64,000 nucleotides of DNA from positions 8,620 through 72,619 of the forward strand of contig JBFYSV010000202.1 in assembly GCA_041301185.1 (NCBI GenBank). The letters are read 5' to 3'. Source of the DNA: Anaerolineae bacterium (GTDB lineage Bacteria > Chloroflexota > Anaerolineae > Anaerolineales > UBA4823). Positions 36,090 through 44,490 of this stretch are shown in pieces; the first letter of the stretch is position 1, and every line of letters starts with the position of its first letter. Under the pieces are notes generated by a model, which was not told where the DNA came from, searched no databases, and was given only the letters and a program-made list of their open reading frames with translations. Position numbers and translations under genes: made by a program.

Positions 36090-39044
36090 CTAATTCCCCC
36101 TGGTTTGCTGCTGGACCAGTTTTACGCCAACCAGATCGGCTTTTACAATCAAACGCTTTGTATAGAAACCGGTGTACATATCCCATTCCGAGCAAGTGAT
36201 CAAAGTGAGCTGCGGTTCCGAACTGGCGCCAATTACCGCCAGGTCGGTTGCCTCAACATCTACTTGCTCGCTTATCATATACTCATAGATATTTTTCTCG
36301 GTATAGATGAATACTGCATCTCCATATCTTAAATCAGCCAGGTAACGGAAAGGTCCATTGCTTCCATCGCGCAAAGTAACATGACCAGCCAATGCAGTAT
36401 TCCCACCCAGACCAGGCCAGGAGGTATCACCCATCCAGGCAATCTCCTGGTTCAGGCCGGCAATCAACCAGGTCAAACCATCGTAAGGAACATATTTCAC
36501 AACCGTGTCGAGGGCAAGAGCGGGGATGATAATCCGGTTCACCGGGCTAAGATCTGCCCCGGCTTCCTCAGTTGGGGCAAGCATGGTAGGTGTTGGAATC
36601 GGGAAATCCGGTAGTTTATTCAACTCAGAACCGGGTATCTGAGGAGTCATCCCAGGCCAGATTATTGTTTCAGGCTCGCTTTGAGACAGAAAACGCACTT
36701 TTTCTAACGGTGCCCTGACAGAGGACTTTTGAGCGAGGGGGTTGGTATCTTTAACAGTATATCTGTTCAAGATCCAACCAGAAGTACCAAATAGTACCGC
36801 AGCCACAGTCAATAAGCCGCCCATCTTAACCGCCCAACTCGTCCATTCGGATTGCTGGCCACGTAGTTGGTACGCATAGGCGAAAGCCACAATCGCCAGG
36901 ATCAGCAGCAGGCCAGCACTGACGAAGGCGACCAGGGATGGTTTAATTTGCGGCTTTGCCGCACCAATTTCGACCCCGCCGGTACCCGGCAGGGTTGATA
37001 CTGCCAGGATTTGGAAACTAACGGTATTTGAATTTCGCGTAAAAGTACTTCCACCAAATTTATATGTCAGCTTGGCTGTATTGGTTACTGTTGAATTTAC
37101 CGTTGCGCTGGTATTCACCCTGCCTACCACGGTAATCGTTACTTCTTCGTTACGGTTAAGAACGCCAAAGGTAACCGTCACCTTTCGAGTGGAGTTATTG
37201 ACCGTAGCTGTTCCCTTGGAGGTTTTCGCGCTGGATATATCCAGGAAAGTCGAGAAGGTATCTTCTACGATAATATCTGTCATGGGTGCCGTACCCGTGT
37301 TCGTTAACTTAATTGTGTACGTGGCGTTCTGATTGGTTCGCACCTGGTTAGGCGAGACAGATAACGTGATCCCAGGGGTAGGTGAGCCGGTGGAAGTTGT
37401 CGTATCGCTGGCGATATTATTACTGGTGTTTGCCTCTGGGGCGGTTGTGGTAACCCTGGCCTGATTGGTCAGGGCAGTCGCAGGACTTGGCAATGCATCC
37501 GCCACCCGCACTCGCAACTTAAATCGCAATGCTGCGTTCGGAGCGATACTGGATTCCAGTTTCCATACATAAGTCAGAGCAGCAGGGGTAGTAGGGGATA
37601 CATCTAATGTATGGGTGATAAAACTCAAAAAAGTGGGGAGCACATCGGTGATGACAACCCCGGTTGCCGGGATGGTACCGAAATTGCTGATCGTCATTGT
37701 ATATGTGATGGTCTGCCCCGGAGTAACGGTTGTCAGCCCATCAGTCTTTGTAAAGCGCAAATCGACCGTATCCAGCTCAAAATCCTGCCGGGTGGTCTGA
37801 CCCGGAATAAGGAACGGTGTCGCGGTTTTGGACGAATACCCGCTTCGGGATACACTGATCGACGCTGCTCCAGCAGAGATCGGATTGGTAATCGTACCCG
37901 TAAAGGTGTACCAGCCACTGGCTACTGTATTCATTACATAGGTGCGGTTGGCGCTATCGCGTAGCTCAACCCTTGCCCCGGAAAGAACATTATCTGTTAT
38001 CGCATCCGTCACCCTGCCGGTCACCTGTGTGCTTTGAACCGTAAAACTCACACTGGCAATATTATTTGTCGGATCATAATCCGGTATGGCAGACACCAGG
38101 CCTTCTGTGGTATTAACAATCGTCGTCCCCAGCGAGCCAGAGTTTACCCTCGCGACCAGGAGTAACGTTGCGTTTGCTCCATTAGCAAGATTACCTAATG
38201 TCCATCTTCCATCGGTATTCGTGTATGATCCCAGGCTCGCTTGCGCTTCCGTAAAGGTTAACTGAGTTGGCAGCACATCGGTCAGAATTACGCCTGTTGC
38301 GTCGCTGGGTCCTCGATTGACCACGGTTAATGTGTAAGTGACCACGCCTCCCTCGGATGGAGAGGCGGGAGCGACGGCTTTTGTAACCTGGAGATCGGCG
38401 CCAACCAGCGTTGTAGGGCTGTCAGACGAGTTATTACCTGGATCGCCATCGTTAACATTAGCTACAACGGCTGTATTGAAAATTTGCGTCGTAGTCGTTG
38501 GAGTAGGTACAACGCTTAAGCTAATCTCCGGCAGCATAGCACCCGGAGCTACACCTGCCGTGTTCGAGTACACACAGGTAAGGGTCTGAGCGAGCGTACA
38601 ATCCCAACCAGTTGTATCAACACTCAGGGGCGAGAGCACATCCGTCAGGATATCTGTTACCGTAATACTACCAGACACAACCCCAGTGCCAATATTCTTG
38701 ACATTGATGAAGTACTCGCCTGGCTCCAGAATAACGAAGTCAGCCGAATGTGTTTTGGTAATGATTAAGTCTGCAACAGCCTGAAGCGTTTCACCAGGCT
38801 GGCTAAGCATGTTTTGGGCGTTGCTTTTCTTCACCGAGGGAGCAAGGAGAGGTGTATCCAGGCGTGTCTCATCGGGGTTGGATGATGCCCAGCTCGTGGT
38901 GAGCGGTATAAATAACCCTCCAGCGATCACCGCAACCAGAATAAATACCAGGACGATCCAAGCTGACCGGGCATTTGAATTCTCTTCTTGGTTGTCGGCG
39001 GCAATCAAATCGCGATCCATACTTTCTCCGGAGGTGAGTATCAC
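36090..39044 (-). CDS. Fusion: signal-anchor + DUF11-repeat/CarboxypepD_reg surface region + LPGTG sorting signal + 2 TM helices + sortase catalytic domain
   Basis: Uninterrupted 984-codon ORF. The ATG at 39020 has a GGAG RBS and may be the true start. DUF11-type repeats begin at aa 91, 216, 427 and 559. LPGTG occupies aa 685-689 (nt 36978-36992), with hydrophobic helices at aa 703-725 and 737-759. The sortase motifs are 'LAGH' (His888), 'TLITC' (Cys951) and 'KRLIV' (Arg964). Confidence 0.8.
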   Translation of the reverse strand: MILTSGESMDRDLIAADNQEENSNARSAWIVLVFILVAVIAGGLFIPLTTSWASSNPDETRLDTPLLAPSVKKSNAQNMLSQPGETLQAVADLIITKTHSADFVILEPGEYFINVKNIGTGVVSGSITVTDILTDVLSPLSVDTTGWDCTLAQTLTCVYSNTAGVAPGAMLPEISLSVVPTPTTTTQIFNTAVVANVNDGDPGNNSSDSPTTLVGADLQVTKAVAPASPSEGGVVTYTLTVVNRGPSDATGVILTDVLPTQLTFTEAQASLGSYTNTDGRWTLGNLANGANATLLLVARVNSGSLGTTIVNTTEGLVSAIPDYDPTNNIASVSFTVQSTQVTGRVTDAITDNVLSGARVELRDSANRTYVMNTVASGWYTFTGTITNPISAGAASISVSRSGYSSKTATPFLIPGQTTRQDFELDTVDLRFTKTDGLTTVTPGQTITYTMTISNFGTIPATGVVITDVLPTFLSFITHTLDVSPTTPAALTYVWKLESSIAPNAALRFKLRVRVADALPSPATALTNQARVTTTAPEANTSNNIASDTTTSTGSPTPGITLSVSPNQVRTNQNATYTIKLTNTGTAPMTDIIVEDTFSTFLDISSAKTSKGTATVNNSTRKVTVTFGVLNRNEEVTITVVGRVNTSATVNSTVTNTAKLTYKFGGSTFTRNSNTVSFQILAVSTLPGTGGVEIGAAKPQIKPSLVAFVSAGLLLILAIVAFAYAYQLRGQQSEWTSWAVKMGGLLTVAAVLFGTSGWILNRYTVKDTNPLAQKSSVRAPLEKVRFLSQSEPETIIWPGMTPQIPGSELNKLPDFPIPTPTMLAPTEEAGADLSPVNRIIIPALALDTVVKYVPYDGLTWLIAGLNQEIAWMGDTSWPGLGGNTALAGHVTLRDGSNGPFRYLADLRYGDAVFIYTEKNIYEYMISEQVDVEATDLAVIGASSEPQLTLITCSEWDMYTGFYTKRLIVKADLVGVKLVQQQTRGN

Positions 39045-39105
39045 GCCTTCCTGGAATATTTCTCAATCCATCCTGCTGGTATTATTATATCAGCCAAAAT
39101 GCTTA

Positions 39106-41007
39106 CTATCTCAATCGGCGGTTATCCCCTTCCCGAATTGTAATGCCACGTGAATCCAGGTATTCCAAGAATGCCAGCACATAACGCCGGCTGGTATTGT
39201 AGTAATCTCGTAGCTGGGCGGCGGTAATTGTGCCAGTTTCCTGAATAATCCGCATTACATCCACCAGCATCTTTTCATAGCCATCTCTACTAAAAACCAC
39301 CTCAGCAGAAACCTGTACCAGCTTGCCACTCTCAACCAATGCCTGGTACACATCCCCTCCTACTGCTGCCTGGCATTCTTTGACTGTTGGTGGTCCATAA
39401 GGATTCTCATTAAACTTGGTAAACAAATCGTCAGTCAAGCGCTGCTGCTGGTTGTTTAATCGAATCTCAAATCCTGTTTCACAGACAAGGGGGCCGACTT
39501 CCTGAATTGAACCGCTGGATGCCAGCTTACCCATCATCCCATTGAAAACGCGCGTTGAAACCTTCAACCGGCTTTTTAGCTCCTCGCGCGGCATGCCCTG
39601 ACGCAATGGATAAAGCTTGTGATATTGCTGAATTTCCCGAATTGCTTTTGTGGAGAGCTGGTTCCAGTACAGCTGGCTTGTCACCAGAGCATCCATTGCG
39701 GGTCTAGTGTTTTCTAACGTCTTCCCTTCAATTGAAACCAACAACCCATTTTCATATAACTCACCTATCAGCAGCTGAGCGTTAGTAGCTTCAAGATTTG
39801 ATCGTGAGACAACCTCTCTGAGCGGCGCGACGCCGAGTGCAGCCAAGGCTTGAAGAAATACGTCTGCTGGAGTGCCTTTTTCTAATGCTTCCAATCGCTC
39901 GACAGTCTGACGGGAAAATCGCTTATGCCTGCCTTTCGGATGGGGATCAAGTACTTCCCCTCCGCCGAGTGTTTCGCCAGGGGATGGTCGGCGAATAATG
40001 AACCGGTCACCGCGCATGGCGACAACCGGGTGGCTTACCTCCATCTGCACCCATCCATTCTCTCCGGGTTTCAACTCCTCTTTTCCAAGCAGGCGCAAGC
40101 GAGCCACCACCTCCGCAGATCCAATAAACAACTTAATGCTGGTATTGTGCCTGAGGACGGAGCTTGCACCCGTCAGAAGGCGCAATCGGGCGTCCAGCCT
40201 CCCGGTAGGCTGGTAATCCTTTGGATGGGCGATCACATCGCCGCGCATGATCTCATCAACATTGACACCGGAGATGTTGACCGCAGTCCGAGAACCAGGC
40301 ACAGCTATCTCTTCTTTTCGTTTGTGGGTTTGCAGGCCGCGGACCCTTCCCCGGATTGTCTGAGGTAACACAACAAGCTCGTCGCCTGCGTGCAAAGCTC
40401 CATCGCTTAGCGTACCCGTCACAACCGTCCCAAATCCCGGGATGGTAAAAACACGATCCACCGGCAGACGCGGGCGTCCGTAATCCACTCTTGGGGGGCG
40501 TTCTGCCAGGCACTTAACGATTTCGCTTAATAAATCGTCAATCCCTATCCGCTTACGGCCAGAGACACGCACAATTGGGGCATTTTCCATAACGGTGCCG
40601 ATTAATTGCTGGCGCACATCTTCCTCGATCAGATCCAGCCACTCGGCATCCTGAACCATGTCAATTTTGGTCAGCGCAACGACACCTCCCTGAATCTGGA
40701 GCAGGTCCAAGATCGCCAGGTGTTCACGGGTTTGAGGCATCACCCCTTCGTCTGCCGCAATAACGAACAGTGCTGCATCAATGCCTCCAATACCTGAGAG
40801 CATGTTTTCGATAAAGTCACGGTGCCCCGGCACATCGATAATACCGATTTCCTCCCCGTCTGGAAGGGTCATCCACGCAAAGCCCAGGTCGATTGTCATT
40901 TCCCGCTCGCGTTCTTCTTTTAAGCGATCGGGGTGATAGCCGGTAAGCGCCTCAACCAGGGTTGATTTACCGTGGTCGACGTGCCCGGCAGTCCCAATTA
41001 CCCGCAT
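39106..41007 (-). CDS. selB: Selenocysteine-specific translation elongation factor SelB
   Basis: The ATG at 41007 has a GGAGGA RBS; the track ORF begins 15 nt upstream at a TTG. N-terminus 'MRVIGTAGHVDHGKSTL', plus 'DVPGH' and 'TKID' GTPase motifs. The ~630-aa length and C-terminal winged-helix-like extension are typical of bacterial SelB. Confidence 0.85.
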   Translation of the reverse strand: MRVIGTAGHVDHGKSTLVEALTGYHPDRLKEEREREMTIDLGFAWMTLPDGEEIGIIDVPGHRDFIENMLSGIGGIDAALFVIAADEGVMPQTREHLAILDLLQIQGGVVALTKIDMVQDAEWLDLIEEDVRQQLIGTVMENAPIVRVSGRKRIGIDDLLSEIVKCLAERPPRVDYGRPRLPVDRVFTIPGFGTVVTGTLSDGALHAGDELVVLPQTIRGRVRGLQTHKRKEEIAVPGSRTAVNISGVNVDEIMRGDVIAHPKDYQPTGRLDARLRLLTGASSVLRHNTSIKLFIGSAEVVARLRLLGKEELKPGENGWVQMEVSHPVVAMRGDRFIIRRPSPGETLGGGEVLDPHPKGRHKRFSRQTVERLEALEKGTPADVFLQALAALGVAPLREVVSRSNLEATNAQLLIGELYENGLLVSIEGKTLENTRPAMDALVTSQLYWNQLSTKAIREIQQYHKLYPLRQGMPREELKSRLKVSTRVFNGMMGKLASSGSIQEVGPLVCETGFEIRLNNQQQRLTDDLFTKFNENPYGPPTVKECQAAVGGDVYQALVESGKLVQVSAEVVFSRDGYEKMLVDVMRIIQETGTITAAQLRDYYNTSRRYVLAFLEYLDSRGITIREGDNRRLR

Positions 41008-41066
41008 CCAATTCCTCCACAAAAGCTACCTATACTATGCTTATGTTGTTGAGGGTACTCCACATC

Positions 41067-42245
41067 TCACCGCGAAGTGCCTGAAGAGCGCTCGTAGTTC
41101 GAAACCCACTCGTGCACAACTGTCAGCATCGATTGCAACCGCTTGCCGGTTAGCTCGTTTATTTGGTGCAGCGTGTCTTGAATTTCCTGCATGGCGTCCT
41201 CCAGATGGGTTACCCTTTCAGCCAACTTATCATATTGCCGGGATGACTCGCCCCGCTGCTCTTCATGGGTAAGCGTGTAGTTCGTCCAACGTTTTTGGTC
41301 GTCAGCTTTGAATGTAACCCATTCCTGACGGAAACGTTCCTCTGCCAGGCGTTGGATCTCAGCCATTTCATTAATACGACGGTCCACCTTTTGGGTCAAC
41401 TCATCCAGTGCCTGTTGAGAGCGTTTGACAGCCCGGTGGGTGGTATCCAGGGTCTGTAAATTCAGCTCGATGTCCGCAGTTTGGGTATCAATTGTTTCGA
41501 ATCTCGCCTGCCATTCCTTCCAGACTCGATCGCGCTCTACTTGCAAAAGTGCCTGCTCTTCCAGGAATTTAACCTGGGCTTCGCGCCGCTCAACCTCCAC
41601 CATCGATAGCTCATTCAATCGGGTTTCGATTTTTCTCAGGCTTGTCGATGTAAGCTCCATCCTACCGCGCTGATCGTCGACATGCTTACGCAAGGCTGAA
41701 ATCTCTCCCTGTATATCTGTCAATCGCTTTGCATCTTGCCTTCGCCCATCATCCAGTAATTTCATCGTCCGGGTATATTCTTCATCACTCCGTCGGATCG
41801 TATCTATCCGTACGCGAATCTCGTCAATTGACCGGGACAGACGGATATCTTCATCGACCCGCGACTGTATCGTGCGCTTTAGCTCTGGAATTGGTGCCAG
41901 GTCTTTACGAAGCTCAACGATGTTTGCTTCCAGCGCTCGCTGCTCAACGCGCCGGATTTTTTCCTGCTCCTGCTCGCGTTGCTTGATCTCTTTGTCCATC
42001 TGTTCAAGATGGTGTTTTGTTTCCACGCGAAATTGAAGCAGATTCTCATCAAAATGATCCATCCGGGCTAATAAGGCGCTCACCCGGGTGATTTCGCTAT
42101 CCAAGTTCTTAATCTGCTTGCTGATGCCTGGCAGGTTCCCCTCCAGAGATATCATGCGTTCCTCTATGGCTGCCAGAAGATTTTTGTCCTTGCGGTGCTC
42201 GTCATCCAGCCAATCTACCCGCTTTAGGATTTGTTCTATCTCCAT
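41067..42245 (-). CDS. Coiled-coil protein of unknown function
   Basis: About 392 aa from the ATG at 42245 (CAGGAG RBS); the ORF is open to 42263. The sequence is E/R/K/L/Q-rich and heptad-like throughout. No TM segment and no enzymatic motif recognised. Confidence 0.5.
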   Translation of the reverse strand: MEIEQILKRVDWLDDEHRKDKNLLAAIEERMISLEGNLPGISKQIKNLDSEITRVSALLARMDHFDENLLQFRVETKHHLEQMDKEIKQREQEQEKIRRVEQRALEANIVELRKDLAPIPELKRTIQSRVDEDIRLSRSIDEIRVRIDTIRRSDEEYTRTMKLLDDGRRQDAKRLTDIQGEISALRKHVDDQRGRMELTSTSLRKIETRLNELSMVEVERREAQVKFLEEQALLQVERDRVWKEWQARFETIDTQTADIELNLQTLDTTHRAVKRSQQALDELTQKVDRRINEMAEIQRLAEERFRQEWVTFKADDQKRWTNYTLTHEEQRGESSRQYDKLAERVTHLEDAMQEIQDTLHQINELTGKRLQSMLTVVHEWVSNYERSSGTSR

Positions 42246-42301
42246 ATTTGCGCTCCTGAGCATTCGCGTTTCACGAATGTAATATTATTTGATAAACTTC
42301 G

Positions 42302-42319
42302 CAGTTATTGAAATAACTG
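42302..42319. promoter_or_regulatory. Perfect 8-2-8 inverted repeat upstream of the coiled-coil gene (candidate operator)
   Basis: CAGTTATT GA AATAACTG lies about 57 nt upstream of the ATG at 42245. A second hairpin, CATTCG-n7-CGAATG (42261-42279), lies just upstream of the RBS. Confidence 0.35.
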
Positions 42320-42415
42320 GAGTGTCAGAACAGCTGTAACCAATCCCTCCACGCAAATCATCTCTCAAACCGGCTCACCAAAGGATTATAGCATGCTGTA
42401 TACCTGCCCTTACTT

Positions 42416-43867
42416 TCAAGGAATTGATTGGATAAATGATTCCGACATCCGAGCCAGTGCAGGTGTGAACCATTGTGGAAACATACCAATCGCTATAATG
42501 GCTATGCTTCCTGCTAATAAAAACAATATCTCGCTGCGGGTTTCACGGATTTCCCACGGACTTTCATTTTCCCCCATCACCAGCACAGCCATTGTTCTCA
42601 GACCACCCATGATCAAACCGGCATAACCCAATAAAACCAGCCCGCCCGAGATCACTGAATTTTGGGCAACTTCTTGCCAGATGGCTAACCGAACGGGAAA
42701 GCCAATCAGGATTGGGAATCCGGCAAGAGAGAATTGCGCCAGCAACAAACCAATCGAGGCGATTGGTGCCTGCCGTGCCAGACCTTTTACATCACGAAAC
42801 AGCAACCCCTGCGAGGTCACGGCATCTTGAGTTTCATTCGTACGATTGAGGATTCTTATCATCACAACCAGGGATAGTGCCCATACGCCCAGGCTCAATG
42901 CGCGTGGAAGGAGGATTGCGTAGAACGCGCCGAAGAGCTCCCCACTTCCAGCTGGATACAAGCCGGCCCAGACTGCTAATAGTGATAATCCTATCTCTAC
43001 CATTACGGCATAACCGAGCATACGCCCCAAATGACGTTGAAAAGCAGCGATTACCCCGCCCAGTACAATCATAATGACACCGGCGATTTCAAGGATCGAA
43101 AACAAACCTGTTGCGTCACGCATCCAGGCATAACGCTCCAGGAATCCCAGACCAAACAATGATATTGCAACAGGCAACTCATACAGGAGGTATGCCACAG
43201 AGTATGGATGACTCTCTTCAGATATCATTGGTATCCAGGTATGAAAGGGGAAAACCCCCAATAATAACCAAAAACCCAATCCCAATAACACAAACGAGAA
43301 AAAGATAAGGCTCATATCGGCAGTATTGGTATCCACACCGGTGAGCAGCCAGCCTGTGAATAACACAAATGGAAAACCCAGAGTCTGAAAGGTCAGATAC
43401 CTGACCACGCCCCGCCCGCGTTGAAACCCCGGAGATGATAAAAGTGGAATACTGACCAGCACAACAATCTCAATGATCAGGGCTGCATATAAGAAAGGTT
43501 CGACAGCCAGCGCAGCAGTCAATAATCCCGCAATTGCCAATCCCAGCGGTACGAACAGCAAGCTGGTACGCGCCACCCAGGCTCCGGTAAACCAGAATGC
43601 CAGACCAAGGTAAATGAGCAATAAGGCAGACCGGTCATTATTATCGAGGACAAGTCGCCTGCCTAATATGGATAGGCTATCCTGGATCGAAAAGGATATG
43701 CTCGCGAAGTTGATGCTTTCACCGATCGGGATTCGCCAGGCCAATATCGCCAACAATATCGCCACAAACGTGCCAATGATGAATACAATGTTCTTGCGCT
43801 TATAAAAGATCAACAAAACGCCGGAGACAATTCCCGGGAAGATAATCCAGAGAATAGCTGTGCTCAT
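42416..43867 (-). CDS. Divergent NuoN/MrpD-like (proton-antiporter-like) polytopic membrane protein
   Basis: About 483 aa from the ATG at 43867, which overlaps the upstream stop (ATGA). The track ORF to 44122 is an out-of-context extension. Many TM helices. 'FPFHTWIPMISEESHPYSVAYL' resembles the family motif PFHxWxPDxxxGxPTPVSA. Confidence 0.5.
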   Translation of the reverse strand: MSTAILWIIFPGIVSGVLLIFYKRKNIVFIIGTFVAILLAILAWRIPIGESINFASISFSIQDSLSILGRRLVLDNNDRSALLLIYLGLAFWFTGAWVARTSLLFVPLGLAIAGLLTAALAVEPFLYAALIIEIVVLVSIPLLSSPGFQRGRGVVRYLTFQTLGFPFVLFTGWLLTGVDTNTADMSLIFFSFVLLGLGFWLLLGVFPFHTWIPMISEESHPYSVAYLLYELPVAISLFGLGFLERYAWMRDATGLFSILEIAGVIMIVLGGVIAAFQRHLGRMLGYAVMVEIGLSLLAVWAGLYPAGSGELFGAFYAILLPRALSLGVWALSLVVMIRILNRTNETQDAVTSQGLLFRDVKGLARQAPIASIGLLLAQFSLAGFPILIGFPVRLAIWQEVAQNSVISGGLVLLGYAGLIMGGLRTMAVLVMGENESPWEIRETRSEILFLLAGSIAIIAIGMFPQWFTPALARMSESFIQSIP

Positions 43868-44484
43868 TCTATTCTTTCCATGGTTGGCGCAAGTACCAGG
43901 TACGCCCCAACCAGCCCTAATCCCAGGGTAACAACTGCCAGAAGACCCTGAACCAGGGCAGATACTTCGATCCCTGCATAAGCAATCTCGAATCCAGCGA
44001 TGACTGTGAGCAAGCCAACCACCACCCGAAACGGCTCCGAGGTTAACCCCAGGTGGAGCAGTCCCAATCCAATCAATATCGTCGAGCCTAAGATTTGTTC
44101 GCTTGATAGACCTGGCAACCATTGAACAATAACGCGGGATCCAGACACAATCACCAGTCCGACTAAACTGGCGGCAAACAACCGGAACAATCTCCCGGAT
44201 AGCTCTGTCTGCGAGTTTAATAGCGGTGGATGTCTGGTCTGATCCTGATCCTTTGCCTCAAGGCTAGATAGGGCAATGAATAAAATAACACCAGCCATCA
44301 AACCTGCAATCAATTTTGTCAGCGCCATCTGGAACGGCCATGAAATGCCTACCAGGATAAATATGCCAGCATACTGGATCATCAATAAAGAGATAATCCA
44401 CCGCCAGGCGTGGGAGATTAATATCCCAGCAGCAGTGACTGCTACCAGCACAACAGATGGAAGAGCTAACATATCAAGACCCAA
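43864..44484 (-). CDS. Small polytopic membrane protein (possibly NuoK/J- or MrpC-like), unknown function
   Basis: 206-aa ORF with ~6 predicted hydrophobic helices and a central polar loop. An intramembrane Glu sits in 'IAGFEIAYAG'. Assignment rests on context and hydrophobicity only. Confidence 0.4.
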   Translation of the reverse strand: MGLDMLALPSVVLVAVTAAGILISHAWRWIISLLMIQYAGIFILVGISWPFQMALTKLIAGLMAGVILFIALSSLEAKDQDQTRHPPLLNSQTELSGRLFRLFAASLVGLVIVSGSRVIVQWLPGLSSEQILGSTILIGLGLLHLGLTSEPFRVVVGLLTVIAGFEIAYAGIEVSALVQGLLAVVTLGLGLVGAYLVLAPTMERIE

Positions 44485-44490
44485 TATTGA

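Noticed and set aside
42416-44122. 568-aa version of the NuoN-like ORF with an 85-aa Gly/Cys/Arg-rich N-terminal extension
   Set aside because: The extension overlaps the upstream membrane gene (43864-44484) in another frame and looks non-proteinaceous. The ATG at 43867 gives the usual ATGA stop/start coupling and begins directly with a TM helix.
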